DNA of 64,000 bases from Chrysomallon squamiferum. Lineage: Eukaryota > Animalia > Mollusca. The notes beneath the pieces are model-generated. The model did no database searches, was not told the origin of the DNA, and saw only the letters and a list, made by a program, of their open reading frames with translations. This document shows positions 29,410-44,937 of the stretch, piece by piece (the first letter of the stretch is position 1; the number at the start of each line of letters is the position of its first letter). Position numbers and translations under genes: made by a program. The DNA lies in assembly GCA_012295275.1 (NCBI GenBank), contig CM022676.1, positions 6,634,001 to 6,698,000 on the forward strand, written 5' to 3'.

Positions 29410-30619
29410 GAAAAGTATTTAAAATTATGTATGATATCGGGAAACCAGCAGTAACAATTAAAACTGAAAACAATTTGTTTCTCAAATTACAGTACTAACA
29501 TTATCTAGCATATGTATATATTCATTATGAAAACTATTTAAAAATGTGTATGGTCTTGTTCCATTTGTAATTAAACCGTCATTTGTAATTAAACCTGAAA
29601 AATGTATATTAATTTGTAAAACTGTCACTGATCTAGACTTGTATTTCTTCAGTGGGAGGAGCCTTGGGAGTTCTGGGTTGTCTTCAGTGACAACAAAAGT
29701 GAAATGTTTTATTGTATTTTTTCAAAATGAATAAAATAATATTTATCATAACCACGTATTTCTTCATTGGGGAAAATATTTGAAATTCTCTGTTATCTTG
29801 AATGACAAATATAACTGATGTTTATTAGTTATTTAAATTTGTTTCAAAATTTATAAAATAATATTTAATCTAACTACTTATTTCTTCATTGGGGAAAAAT
29901 ATTGGCAATTCTCTATTATCTTGAATTTATTCTATTTTATTTTTATAAATTTATAAAATAATATTTATCTAACTACATATATATATTTTTAAATGGAAAG
30001 AAATGTTAATTTTTATGGTTTATCTTGAATGACAAATAAACCAGAACATTTTAAATACAATTTATAAAACTATTATTTCTTTAGTGACATATTTCATCAC
30101 TAGGAAAATGTCTGGAAGTTCTATGACAATTAAAACTGAATATCAAATATATATTCTAATCTATTCTATTTTATTACATATAAAACAACAGTTTGTCATG
30201 ACACATATATCCACACCAAGAAAAAAAAAAAAAAAAAAAAAAAAAAATAAATAAATAAATAAATAAATAAATAAAAAAAAAACATTCTCTGTTTCATTTA
30301 CCTTGTTCAGTAAACCATGATTGACAATTAGTGCAGCCCATCTTTTATTGATGCATCTCGAGTTGGGGCCTGCACCATCTTAACAACACACAGACATCTC
30401 AATGGACAGTTCTGTTCTGACAGCATTATTAATTGATTAGACTCTGAGTTAGTTGGAGTTGTCCCGGACGATGTTGTTCGACAGCAGATGAAGACTGCAG
30501 AGGCCTTTATTTATACTTGTGCGTTGATGAGGCATGGATAAACTTTTTTTTGTACAGGACACTTTGTATAGTCGGGATAGTTCACTGTTGGGATTCAGTG
30601 GTAATGAGATAGGATTGTG

Positions 30620-31010
30620 ATGAAGAGTTAGTATTGTACAGAGGAGATAGTATTGTACAGAGGAGATAGTAGTGTTGTACGGTGATAATGAGATAGTATT
30701 GTACGTTGGAGATAGTACTTGAACACTGGAGATAGTATTGTGCAGTGAAGATATTATTGTGCAGTGGAGATAGTATTGCACAGTGGAGATAATATTGTTC
30801 ACTGGAGATAGCATTGTGCAGTGGAGATAGTATTGTATGGTGGAGGAAAGTATTGTACAATGATAAAAAGATAGTACTATACACAGGAAATAGTATTGAA
30901 CAGTGATAGTTAGATAGTATTGTACAATGGTAAAAGATAGTATTGTACAATGATAAAAAGATAGTATTGTACAATGACAAAAAGATATACTGTACAATGT
31001 TAATATTGTA
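30620..31010 (+). repeat. ~20-bp minisatellite (gagatagtattgt(a/g)cagt)
   Basis: Many copies; produces the spurious minus-strand ORFs 30449-31129 and 30582-30980. Confidence 0.85.
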
Positions 31011-32573
31011 CAGTGAAAATTAACACTGTACAATAATGAGATAGCATTACACAGTGTTAAGAAGATAAGAAATTGTAAAATGATTATAAGATAGCATTTT
31101 ATGAATTCTTGAATTGTCAGAATTTTCATATGAAATACTGTCCAATTACTTTTGCCTGACAGAAGTAATCAGAAAATATTTACATTTCAAATTCTTATTG
31201 TATCAGATAACATTTTACTGGATTTTTGTTTAATCAGAAAATATTTTACTGGATTCTTGTAATAATCAGAACGTAATATTTGGATATTTTTAAATCAGAA
31301 AATATTTTACTTGGATTCTTATTTTATCAGGAAATTTTTTTATTCAGATTTCTATATAATCAAATTTTAATATCTGGATTTTTGTAAATCGATAAAACAT
31401 TTTCGTCGGATTCTTGTTGTATCAGAAAATATTGGACTGGCTTCTTGTATAATCAGAATCTTGCACAGAACTTTGAACTAATCAGATGCTGGAACTTTTA
31501 ATCATATACACCGGTAGAAGAATTTTAATCACACAGATTACCTTTTATTGAATTCTGTGTAAAGTTAGGTTGTTTTGTTGGTGTTCAGGAGAGGAGTTCG
31601 TGTGAATTTTTCAGTTGTTCTAAAGGAAATTTGTTTTCGGAGTGTTTGTTTTATTCTTTGGAAATAACTGGAGAACAAAGGTTTTTGTGTTAAGATTGTA
31701 AGAGAATAATTTTTATCTAAGATTTTTAAAATTAAATAATTTCTGAATGTTTTAGGTTTTAATTGGAACTGTTGTGAATTAATTTAATTAAACTGTAATA
31801 AATATTAATATTTTATTTTTTTTTTTAAATCTTTGGAATAGTGATAATAAAAATTAATTTCTTTTTCTTTTTTTTTTTTAATTGTACATTAAAATTTCTT
31901 CTAATATGAATTAATTAATTTAAAATGAAATGTCTTTTATTATTTGGGGTAAAGAATGAATTTTCTTATTATTCATGTTTCTTAGTGTAAAATATTCTTT
32001 AGAATAGGAGGATTTGTCTCTTAAATCTGTTATTTGTTTCACACTTTTTACTACTTTTTATATAATTTTAATTCTACTAAAAAATTTCATGGATTAAAAA
32101 TTTATCATTCAATACTTTTGACCTTTGAATTAACAAAAATAAAATCTTTTGCATTCAGATTTTATTTTTTAAGATTCTACTTGTTATATTCACAGATTAA
32201 TAATTAATCCATTATCACAAAACTTTTTAACCTTTGAAATAATGAAAATTTAATATTTTTAAAAGCTACTTTAATATATATATATATATATAAAAATATA
32301 TAATTTTTTCCTTTTTTAAAAAGAATTGTAATTTAAATTTCAAGCAGTTTATTTAATCTTTCATCCAGTTACCATTTGCATTAATTATCAAAAATTCCTT
32401 TATATAAAGCTTGCAAATTATCCAGGAATGGGTAGAACTTTAAATGGATGCTGGAATACATGTAACAAAGGAATATATAGAGTGATGGGAAGTTTTGTCT
32501 GTTCTGAATTGTGGATTTAACATTTATCGCGAGGTTCCAGAATTTGGAATTTAGTTTTGAAATTCAGTAGAAA

Positions 32574-32640
32574 ATGGGTGCCAAACTTGCAAAGCTTGGA
32601 GAGTTTATTGAAAGTAAACAAAGAAGAACAAACAGTTCAG
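32574..32640 (+). CDS. Candidate first coding exon of the SPA17-like/poly-IQ gene: MGAKLAKLGEFIESKQRRTNSS(G), N-myristoylation-type start
   Basis: AAAATGG start, 22 codons + 1 nt, donor CAG|gtagat at 32641. Phase 1 matches the acceptor of the Sp17-signature exon (G+AA = Glu). Too short for the ORF track. Confidence 0.6.
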
Positions 32641-32783
32641 GTAGATTATAGATAAATATTAGAAAAAAACTTGTGTATTGTTTTGTGTTTCAGTGTTTTT
32701 TTTAGTATGTTATATGTGTATATGTTTAATATTCTGTTTTATATATTTCTTCAAAGTGTTTTGTTTGGGTGTTTGAATGTGTG

Positions 32784-32850
<67 letters not shown>

Positions 32851-33129
32851 TAAGATGTGTATGTATGTGTGTGAATATTTATGTATATATGTATGTGTGT
32901 ATGTATGTTTGTGTGTGTGTATGTATATATGTATATTTATATATATATGTACATATATGTGTGTGTATGATAATACGTGTGTATATGTGTGTGTGTATAT
33001 ATATATATATGTATGTATGTGTGTATATATATTTATGTTTGTATGGCTGTATGTGTATATTTATTGTGTATTTGTCAGAATAATGCATGAAATTCAGATA
33101 TATAACAGACCTCATATATTGTTTTTTAA

Positions 33130-33865
33130 CTAGTATCTTGGGTATCATAATCCACTTCTGTCACAGTTCAAAGTTTTGTTTTAGAAGTTTTATTAGGTCT
33201 AGTTATAACAGAATCTCTGGTGCATCATACAACATTTTCATGAGTATGTCTGGGCATCATCTACTACTTCTGCAGTAATTTAAAGTTTTGTTTTGTGAGT
33301 CAGAATCTCTGGTGTATTGTATCATGTTTTCATCAGTCCAGTACAATGACTGGGTATCATCTACTTCTATCACAGTTCAAAGCTTTACTTTAGATGCCAT
33401 AATACCTCTAGTTATAACAGAAATCTCTGGTGTGTTGTGTCATGATTTCGTCAGTCCAGTACAATGCCTGTGAATCATCTACTTCTTCCATAGGTCAAAT
33501 TATTTTGTTTTCTAAGTCATATTACACATAGTTATAGTAGAATCTTGCTTGTATCATATCTAATTTTCATCACCAGTTCAATATCATGAAATCCTGGTAT
33601 ATAATGTTCTTTACATTGACTTTATATCATCTAGTTCTACCATAGTTCAAAGTTTTGTTTTAGAAGTTGTAATATCTCTAGTTATAACAGAAATCTCTGG
33701 TGTATTGTGTCATGTTTTCATCAGTCCAGTACAATGCCTGTGAATCATCTAGTTCTACCATAGTTCAAAGTTTTGTTTTAGAAGTTATAATACATCTAGT
33801 TATAACAGAAATCTCTCATATTGTGTCATATTGTCTGGGTATCATCTACTTCTTCCATTGCTCAA
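33130..33865 (+). repeat. ~120-bp tandem repeat (catctacttct..cacagttcaaagttttgttttagaag..ctagttataacagaaatctctggtg)
   Basis: About 6 copies visible. Confidence 0.85.
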
Positions 33866-34559
33866 AGTGTTACTGTTAGTTTATTGTACCTGCATTAGAA
33901 GTGAAAAGGTGTTTTGATATATATATATATATATATATAATGATTAAATTAGTTTGTTATGTAATAGTGTGTATGTATAAAAGATTGATGTATTATAGAA
34001 TATAACATAATATTAAATGAACATATGATTGAACATAAAGTTGGTTATAATGGGAAATAATGAGAAAATATATTCAGAAGATAATAAAAAAAATAATAAT
34101 GTTAGGTACTTGAAAATATCAATAATGTAAAAATAATAACATAAATAGTAATGGCAGTAGTAGCAGTAGTAGTAATATAAAATAAGGAATTTATGAAAAA
34201 AAGAAAAAAGACTCCATGAAAACAAGAGTTCAGTAAACAAAACAAATGTTAAATATTCTGTTTACTAAAGCCATCTCTTCTCTGATATTTACACACATCA
34301 TTAAACCCTTACTGACTGTTTTATTTGTTATGTAACAGGTACATTAATACCTCTAACGATTACTGCTTAACCTTTGCCACACACATTTTCACACCAAATA
34401 GCAATTACTGTTGTAATCTATATCACAAAAGTTCACACCAAGTAGCTATTATACGCTATAATCCATATCACAAAATAACAAAGCTTTGACATGAGAATCA
34501 ATTAATACTCTTTGACTGGTTACGAAGAAGATCCATTGATATTTCTGTGGTTAGATTCA

Positions 34560-35450
34560 GTGGTGAGATAGATATCAAAGCCACGACAAATTAACTTGTA
34601 CCTTAACTTAACTTGTGTAGTATGTTTGTATGAATATATTTACTGGCAAGATAGATATATATAAAAAAATAATAATTAATTTGTATTTTTAACTTATGAT
34701 GTATATTTTACTGGCAAGATAAATATTAAAAAAAACATAAAAAATTAATTTGTATTTTTCTTTATGTATTATGATAAAAAAACAAAAAAATGTTTGTATC
34801 TTGTGAATAAATTTACTGGCAAGATAAATATTAAAAAAACACATAAAAATTAATTTTTATATTAAAAAAACATAAAAATTAATTTGTATCTTAACTTATG
34901 ATGTATGTTTTACTGGCAAGATAAATATTAAAAAAACATAAAAAATTAACTTGTATCTTAACTTACGATGTATGTTTGTATGAATAGATTTAGTGGTAAC
35001 ACAGATGTGAAAGCCAAAACAAATTCGTTTGAAACTTGACCTATGATGCAGTGTTAATTTTATATGGATAGATTTAATGACAGGATATATATATATATAT
35101 ATATTAAAACCATAACAAATCCATTTTAAACTTGCCGTATGTTGAGAGATTTGTGTCACGACAGATGTTAAGGACATAAGAAATCCACTTGAACCTTGGC
35201 TTTTGATGATAAATTTCTTTTGATAGATTCAGAGGAAAGACAGAGATATAAAAGCCATGACAAATTAACTTGAACCTTAAACTGTGATGTAGGTTTGTTT
35301 GGATAGATTTAAAGGCACAATAGAAAAAAAAAAAAAAAAAAAAAAAATGACCTTGAACCTTCACTTATGATGAAGGTTTGTATGGATAGATCCAGTAGCA
35401 AGATAGATATTAAAGCCATAACAAATTCTCTTGAACCTTTGACTTATTTT
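34560..35450 (+). repeat. ~75-85-bp degenerate tandem repeat (tttactggcaagata.atattaaa...aaattaacttgaaccttaactta)
   Basis: About 10 copies visible. Confidence 0.75.
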
Positions 35451-35711
35451 TCTAATAATTCAGTGACAATATAGATATTAACATCAGTGATATATTTGCT
35501 TTCTCCTTGATATATGATATGTCTGAATGGAGCCAATTTGGTTGTGGATAAATTTAGTGGAAACATAAAAGATTTATGTCCATTTATGTTCTTAAATCTT
35601 TATGTATTCTATGAAGTAAGTGGTACGATAAATATTTATTCCATGAAATATGTTCTTTAATTTTTTTTATTTTCTAAATAAGTTAGTGGTGACATAAACA
35701 TGAAAGCCCAT

Positions 35712-35945
35712 GAATATGTGCTTGAATCTTGTTAATTTCCAAATATTTATTAGTATTTTAAGTATTAAAACCAAAACATAATATTATGTCTACAAATCTT
35801 AGTTATTAAAAAAACTATGGCAAGTTATTATAAAGCCTAATATTACAGTTTTAGTAACAAAGATAATGCCCATGACATTATGTGCTTCAACCTTGCTTTG
35901 GAACCACTAATTTCAGTTGTAGATTTTGTTGTATAATCATGTCTT
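35712..35945 (+). repeat. ~240-bp dispersed repeat, copy 2
   Basis: Direct match to 11186-11423; also followed by (GA)n. Confidence 0.9.
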
Positions 35946-37592
35946 CAAAAAGAGAGAGAGAAAAAAAGAGTAAACAAAAGTGCTACTTCCATTCTTCATT
36001 CTGTTTTTATTAATTAGCAAAAAATGGATTTTTTATATAAACCCACCCATAAACGGCAAAACATATATCACAGTTTTTAATAAACTGGACATAAACAGGA
36101 ATGGGAAATAGGTTAACATGACCACCTATGTAGGACTGATCCTGAAAACATATCATATCTCAAGCTAATAAGGCTTAACTGCTCAGCAACAACCAATGCT
36201 TGTATATTAAGAAGAAGGAAGTTATTAAAAGAAAAACGAGTTAAGATTCTCCGATTAGCTTTGATCAGGCTGGCTGGAGCAATAAATTGCTCTGGGTTTC
36301 CCGTGAGCAAAGTACACATCAAAAGCCCACCACATATTTGCTTTAACCATGAAGATTGGCATCTCTGGGAAGGAATTCGATTATGGTTCTTTTATTAGCC
36401 ATCAGAAGTCTGAGTGAAACAATAAATTGATGTGGATGTGTTCAGATGATGCTTTCAGATGATGTAGGGACATGGTGATATTAAAATGTTGGGCTAAAAG
36501 CCATGAAGATAGCATATCCATGATTTGTTTATTGAACATTCTCATGCATGTTTTACTGTCTATGGGTAGATCTTTCTTATAGATTTGCTGTGGCTGTTAA
36601 TAAGAGTAGTCGTACAAGTTTAATTTCATGAAATGATTAAATAAAATTTTTTAAGAAAAAAAAAAAAATAAAAAAGATTATTTTACAAAAAAAAAAAAAT
36701 AAATAAAAAATTAAAATAAAATAAATAAATATATATATATATATATTTATGTTTATATATATACAAAAAAGTATTTAATTTCAAATATATATATAATTAA
36801 ATACATTTTTTGTATAAATGATTTTATAGTGTTACTAAATATTCAGTAATTTACACAATCATCCAGCACTCATTAACTCATTCACTCATTCACTTTCACT
36901 CATTCATTTACTCACTCACTCACTCACTGGCCCATTCATTCAGCGGCACTCTAAAAACAAAAACATCTAAATTCCTATTCATCACCTACACATGTAAATA
37001 CATTCCGTACGATTAAACCCATTCTCCGACAAAAAAGAAAAAATCTATAAAATGTGTTAAGAACAACCAGCTTTTGCAATTAGTGTGGACCTCTGTGTAC
37101 ACTGGTGGAATTTACACACAGAATATCAACTGTTATCCATTGTTAGTGACCAGTTTGCGTGCTATTGATTTGACTTCGAACAAGAGCCCTCTAAAATTAA
37201 TGGCACCAAAAGTCTTTGGCCAGGGGTGAAATACTCTTATAATTTCAGTGATCCTGGTATTTAGCTGGCACTTTCTATGAAGATGGATGGTGTTGGAATA
37301 CAGGCACCATTTTGAAAAAAAAAAAAAAATAAAAAATAAAAAAAAAAAATAAAAAGGAAAGAGAGAGAGAGAGATAATGAAATGGGGAGGAGGAAGGAGA
37401 GAGTGAGAAAGAGAAATAATGAAAGAGGGAGAGAGAGAGAGGGAAAGAAAGAGAGGGACAAAAAAAAAAAAAAAAAAGAGATAATAAGGCAGCTTGAATG
37501 AGCTTCTTTGACATTTAGTTCTATTTATGTTGAGATCTGTGATTGCTTTTGGCATGTTTAACAGCTAAATGTGTGTAATTTGGTGTGTTGGC

Positions 37593-37688
<96 letters not shown>

Positions 37689-37840
37689 TGTCGTTCTGTG
37701 TTTGCTTGCATGAATGTATGTAGTATGTGTGTATGTATGTATAAATGTATCTGTATATGTATGTATATGTCTGTATGTATGTTTGTATGTATATGTGTGT
37801 GTGTAGGATATATCATCTGTGTTGAATGTACCTTTGTATC

Positions 37841-37873
<33 letters not shown>

Positions 37874-38169
37874 CCTGATATGTCTTTTTAATTACACCTT
37901 AATTATGTACATTACTTATCTGCTGGTACAAAAAATCACATGATCGTCACTTGATAATGATTAATACTAAAATGTGTTAAAGTGTTGTTAATTATTCATC
38001 TGTTCATCAGTGTTTGAAAGTTAACAAGTCAATATACATGGCAGATTTTGTACCTTGAACATGCTTGGGTCAACAGGCTACAAAATTAATTAATTAATGT
38101 TTAATGTTAATGATGATCAAATACAGTCACACATGCCATACATGATGGAAGAGAAAAGAAATGCCTTTT

Positions 38170-38550
38170 GATTAGCAGCAAGGAATCTTTTATTTGTATT
38201 GTCAGCAAGTAATCTTTTATTTGTATTGTCAGTAAGTAATTTTACAATCACAGCAAGTAATCTTTTATTTGTATTGTCAGCAAGTAATTTTACACCTACA
38301 GCAAGTAATCTTTTATTTGTATTGTCAGTAAGTAATTTTACAATCACAGCAAGTAATCTTTTATTTTATTTGTATTGTAATCTTTTATTTGTATTGTCAG
38401 TAAGTAATTTTACAATCACAGCAAGTAATCTTTTATTTGTATTGTCAGCAAGTAATTTTACAATCACAGCAAGTAATCTTTTATTTGTATTGTCAGCAAG
38501 TAATTTTACAATCACAGCAAGTAATCTTTTATTTGTATTGTCAGCAAAGG
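38170..38550 (+). repeat. 48-bp tandem repeat built of two agcaagtaat sub-units
   Basis: acagcaagtaatcttttatttgtattgtcag(t/c)aagtaattttacaatc in about 7 copies; gives the ASNLLFVLS pseudo-ORF. Confidence 0.9.
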
Positions 38551-39169
38551 TTCTTTTACAGATATTTTGATATCCTTTTGAATTATTTCTGTTTGTTAAA
38601 TTAAAAATCTTCTTTCAGCAAAATTCAAACCTTCTTGTTTTAGTACATATCTTTTACAAGTTCTTCTTCTTCAATTTTTTTTTTTTTTTTTTTTTTTTTG
38701 TCTTGTTAAATCAGGTTACATCTATTTTATTTCCAGCCAAGTTTCTTTATTGAGTTAATCCTTTATCTGTCTGTAATGAACTGAAAATGAAATTTAAATT
38801 TTAAAAAAAGGGACACAGCTGATGTTCTCAGTTTTCCTACTCCCTGTAGATGCGTGTCCCAAATTACAGTGAACCACTGATTAATCGATTAATGAAGGAA
38901 ATTAACAAATAAATATTTATTTCACTGATACTGCAACAGGAGGTTAATACTTAGGATGGCTGAGATCAAATTCATGTTCTGTTCTGTTGTAGTTGTTGTT
39001 TGTATGATATTGGTATATAAGAGAAAACTGGAGATTTTTTTTTTTTTTTTTATCAAATAAAATGTAATTATAAATGGATAATTATTTCAAAGATACTACA
39101 ACAAGATTTTTAATATCTAAGATGGTTAGATGGTGTATGTTTGTGTGTTGTGTGTGTTGTGTGTGTGTG

Positions 39170-39201
<32 letters not shown>

Positions 39202-39427
39202 TTGTGTGTGTGTGTGTGAGGGGGCATATTAACACACATTTATTAATTTTCTTGATATATTGCTAGACTTTTCTATTAATACAGTTTGTATTAAACTGCA
39301 GTCTGTTACATCAAGGGTTCACTGTAATTTAGCATAACTACATAACATTATAAAAGTCTTCTTTTTCAAACAGAGGCTCTCACTGAACTATTTACATATT
39401 TAACACAGACGCACACACACACAAACA

Positions 39428-39528
<101 letters not shown>

Positions 39529-39830
39529 ATATGAGATATTTATACTAAGGGTTTACTGGGATTTTTAAAAATAATTATATAACCATAGATAAGACTTGTT
39601 TTGTTTGAACAGATCGAACCTTTCAACTGTTCACATATTACATAACATATAATGTAAAAACACACACACACACACACATACATACAGACACATACACACA
39701 ATACATATATACAAAAGAGATATTGTACTAAATTATTGTGGCATATTAACAATAGTTATTTAACCATTTATAAGACTTATTTTGTTTGAATGAAATGACC
39801 TTTTGAACTTTTCACACACACACAAACACA

Positions 39831-39861
<31 letters not shown>

Positions 39862-40342
39862 AAACACAGTATTTTTGTAATAATGGTCCATTATATTAAC
39901 AACAATTATATAACCATATATAAGACTTATTTTGTTTGAAAGAAATGACCCTTTGAACTATTCACATTATAGTAAACAAAAATATAAACAAAAGGAATGT
40001 GTAACAGTGAAACTTGTCACAGAATCTCTTTGAATAGATGTTTGTCTAGTTCAAATTAATGGTGTTTTTGTTGTAGAGTACATTTGAAAAAGGATTTTAT
40101 TAAATCTTGTTTGTTTTTACTGTGTAGAATGTTTTAGGATTCGTGTTATAATAACTTAAGACTTTAAGTTATCAAAATGAATGATAATGTTATCAATCGT
40201 TAGCATGTTAATATTTCATGCAGTCATATAAATCAATGCACACCCACCTATTTATACATACACACAAACATACACACACACACATACATACACACACACA
40301 AACACATAAACACACACACACACACACAGACACACAGGCATA

Positions 40343-40383
<41 letters not shown>

Positions 40384-40488
40384 ACACAGACACACACAGA
40401 CCCACAGACACACACACACACACAGACACACACACAAACATACCCACACCCACACACACAAACACAGAAACACACACACATAGGCATA

Positions 40489-40558
<70 letters not shown>

Positions 40559-40830
40559 AAGTATTACCCAGCAGTCTGCACTGAAATGAGGATTAGCTAT
40601 ACGTGTTGTAATCAGTATGTAACTGAACACCACAACCACTTCACTGTGTCTACATCATGTACATCGGCCTCAAGTAACTGGACTTCAATTTAATTAGCAG
40701 AGAAACGTGGTCGAAGCACACCTCATGACTGAACGGAAATTAAACATGCCTGACAGTCAGACACTTAACTGCTCAGTTTACATTCATTTTACATTGATGT
40801 ATGTGTGTGTGTGAGTATATTTTATTTATT

Positions 40831-40978
<148 letters not shown>

Positions 40979-41187
40979 CAGAGAGAGAGAGAAAGAGAGA
41001 GAGAGAGACAGAGACAGAGAGAGAGAGAAAAACAGAGAGAGAGAGAAAGACAGACAGAGAGACAGAGAGAGAGAAAGACAGAGAGAGAGAGACAGATAGA
41101 GAGAGAATGAGAGAGAGAGAGTGAGAGAGATACAGAGACAGAGAGAGAGACAGAAAGAGAGAAAGACAGAGGGAGAGAGAGGGAGAG

Positions 41188-41234
<47 letters not shown>

Positions 41235-42949
41235 AATAGACAAGCAGATATATATATTTATATATCATGGGACTCTTATCCAGGAGTTTGGGTGGCTTAA
41301 GACAGTGTTTCAATTGTTCAAGATAGTTCTAGTGTTTCAGGACTGTTGGTGGTTCATGACAAATTCAGTATTTGAGTATATGATTTCAGTCCACTGATTG
41401 TGTTTCAAAATGTGTTAGTGTTGCAAGATACTGTTGTAATATGTTAGTGGTTCAGAATAATGTTAGTGTATCAGGATGGTGTTTTAAGAATGTCACTTTT
41501 CAAGAATATGTTAGTGTTTCAAGAAAACATTATATATGTCTAATCATTTTAGATATGCTTAAGAATGTTTAAGCACATATAACATGGACAAACTTATCCA
41601 ACATAATTGAAATAAAACACAGAGCTGGATTAAGATGGACACCAAGACATGCTGTCTACTTCTATTGGCGTGTGTATTCTTACGCAAGGCTCAGAAAATA
41701 GATCCTTTGAAGCACACAAGACTTAGAAAATAGATCCTTCAAAGATCTGTTTCTGGATTTATCAGGATAAAAATATTGATAATTTTGGTGATTGGCAGTA
41801 TTTGTAAGTGGATATGAATGTTGTAGCTTAGTACAGGTTTTGTTTGAATTGTGGTAGATTGTGTGATCAGTTCTCTGTAAGGATTAGATTTTTTTCATAT
41901 TGCAGATAGTGGTTAATGCATTGTTTCTTTCTTTATTTTGTTTTTATTTATTTATTTATTTATTTATTTTTTATTTATTTATTTATTACTATTATTTTTT
42001 AAATTATTATTATTATTATTCTTATTTTTATTCTTCTTCTTCTTTTTTTCTTGTTGTTGTTGTTGTTATTATTATATAATGTCTTGATTACTAGACTTTC
42101 AAGGTATCCAGTAGGTCATAGAGTATTTATTAAATCTTTATTATTGTTATTGTTCATGAGTCCTCAAATACATTTTTTATTCTATTATAATACTTTATTA
42201 GTAGTAAAGGTTGGTGTTAAGTAACAAAATAATATCTTGACTTTATGTTTAGTCCATTTGTTCCTATTGTATACATAGATTTTAAATGTTTTTCAATGAC
42301 TAAAAGCATACACAATATAGAGAGAAAGAGAGATTGACAATCTGTGTGTGGGTATGTGTGAGAGAGAGAGAGAGTGAGAAAGCAAGCTAGGCATATAATT
42401 AATACCAGCCAGATAAGTGATAAAAAAAAAAAAAAACATTATGGCTGATGCTATTACCATTACATAACATACAAATTACAAACAACTGTGCAAATTATCT
42501 AAAAAGAAAAATCCAATCAAAACTCCTAACCTCTCCTCTTTTATGTAGTTTTCATGATCCTACATAGAACTTTTCAGAAGGATCTGCTGAAGGTTTGTTT
42601 TTCTAAAGCATCTGGGACGTTTCAGAATACCTTACATTGATGTTTTGTTGATATAACCCACTTAGCCAGTCTCTGGAGCAATCAGAATTCACTTAGACAG
42701 GGAAAAAATTCAATAAATATGCCACAATAATTTGTGACAGTCATATGAAACGGGTGCAGTGGATGCTGTTATAGAGAATGCAAGCCCCATTTTTTTTTTT
42801 TTTTAGGTTACCAACGAATTGTCTTTTTTTATTTCATTCTTGTTGTAATGAAATTTGCTTTATCTTCAAGTTTATTGAATTATTTCCTGTTCCTTTTGGT
42901 TCTTAGTAATCGATTTATGAAAAGCTGTGATAAATGTTTTTGCTGTTCA

Positions 42950-43100
42950 TGGGAGGGTGTATAATAAAGATCCCTTTCTGCTAAAGTCTACAGCTGGTTT
43001 CTTCTCATGTACCATCAGTATAAAATAAAATTCGTATAATCATATTGTAATAATTATTAATGTACATTAATGTATATATAATTAAATATCCATTCTCTTA
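42950..43100 (+). mobile_element. Decayed SINE-like repeat, opposite orientation
   Basis: gggagggtgtataataaagatccctttctgctaa is the reverse complement of the ttagcagcaagg.atcttttat core seen at 22885, 36010 and 38172. Confidence 0.45.
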
Positions 43101-43653
43101 TTTATACATCAATTTTCATCTTTTGCATTATTGAATATTCTTTCTCATTGTGAAAATTATTAAATATCATTTTCATGTATTTCATGATTTTTTTTTCATG
43201 TTTTATATTATTAAATATTTATTAATTTTCATCTTTTTTTTTTTTTTTGTGTTTGTTCCTTATTCGTTTTTTTTTCATCCAGGATATTTTATTCATAAAA
43301 CACACCTGTTCTTCTTCAGTAATTTGTGATCTGCTCCTAAAGATACCAGAATTCATTCAGTGTTTTGTAATATAACCGAAATGTGCTCAGAATAAACTGA
43401 AATCAATAACCACTAGTTGGTTAAAATTACATTGATGAAGATCCCAAAATCCTACCCATGGAAGGGGAGATAACTCTGGTTAATTACTGTACAGTTTATT
43501 TTACCATGAAGGCAAATGAACGTGTTTTTTTACGCAGTTTATAAGGTGTTGTGTGCAAATGTAATATTAATGGATCTGCTTTTGATGTAGCCATAAATAT
43601 ATATGGTTTAAAATTTTGTTTTGTTTTTCAATTGATGGATTACTGTTGTTTTG

Positions 43654-43702
<49 letters not shown>

Positions 43703-44075
43703 TATATATATTTTGTTTAAACATATTTTAAATTTTAAAAAACCAACAAACATATTTATAGTTTTTATAATACTTATGTAGAAGTTTTTACATAACAATT
43801 CTGGCAAATTCACTAGATTTGGTATTTTAAACAGTCATCTAAATGTTCTAAAAACAGTTATCTAGATGTTTTTAAAAACAGTTATCTAGATGTGAAAATA
43901 GTTATTTGGATGTTTTCAGAAAATTCTCTAAATGTTGTTTTCTAAATTGTGTTTTCAACAGAGTTTTCTACATGCTCTTATTTTATTTTCAACAGTTTTT
44001 TTCTTCTTCAGATTAGTAACAGCAACAACAAAAAAAAACTTTCTCTACATGATTTTTATTTTTTTATTTTTTCAG

Positions 44076-44146
44076 AAACAGGACATGATCCTGCAGTTGA
44101 TGGATGCAAACTTCAAGATCGTTTCTATAACAACGATGCTTTCAGT
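44076..44146 (+). CDS. SPA17: Exon encoding the Sp17 conserved central motif (E)TGHDPAVDGCKLQDRFYNNDAFS
   Basis: Polypyrimidine ttttttcAG acceptor and gtgagt donor, 71 bp, phase 1/0. Aligns without gaps to human Sp17 KTNFDPAEWGSKVEDRFYNNHAFE as recalled. Confidence 0.9.
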
Positions 44147-44153
44147 GTGAGTA

Positions 44154-44267
<114 letters not shown>

Positions 44268-44890
44268 TTTGGTCTTCTGCTTTTTAAACATACTAAACCA
44301 GTATTACATAATCTTAATATAAAAATAGTACAATTTTTTTATTATTAAAAATGAAATTAAAACCATAAGTTGGAAATAAGCTTTAGATTTAAAAAGATAA
44401 AGTAAGAATGAAAAGATTGACAGACATATTTAAAAACTTCCAATCATGATTGTTTTAAAATATCAAAAAAAAAAAAAATAATAATAATAATAAAAAAAAA
44501 AAAAAAAAAAAATAAATAAATAAATAAATAAAAACATTCTAAAACTCTTTAATTTATTTTTTTTATTTTATTTTTACTTTTTATTTTATTTTTTTTATTT
44601 ATTTCATTCATTTTATTTTATTTACTTATTATCTTATTTTGTCTATTTAATTTGTTGTTTTATTTTATTCATTATTTATTTATTTACTTATTTATTGCAT
44701 TTCATTTACTTAATTCTTTCTTTATTTTTTTATTTCTTCATTTCATTTCATTTCATTTCATTTCATTTCATTTCTTTAATTAATTTATTTCTTTATTAAT
44801 GTCTTTATTTATATGTTTGTTTATTTATTTATTTATTTACTTTTTATATATTTATTAATTAATTTATTTATTTATTTACTTACTTACTTT

Positions 44891-44937
<47 letters not shown>

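Noticed and set aside
29653-29698. Possible small exon after tatttcttcAG
   Set aside because: Weak donor and no recognisable peptide; cannot be supported without transcripts.
30441-30541. Short open frame ELVGVVPDDVVRQQMKTAEAF... as an exon
   Set aside because: Poor acceptor, no donor before the stop, no recognisable homology.
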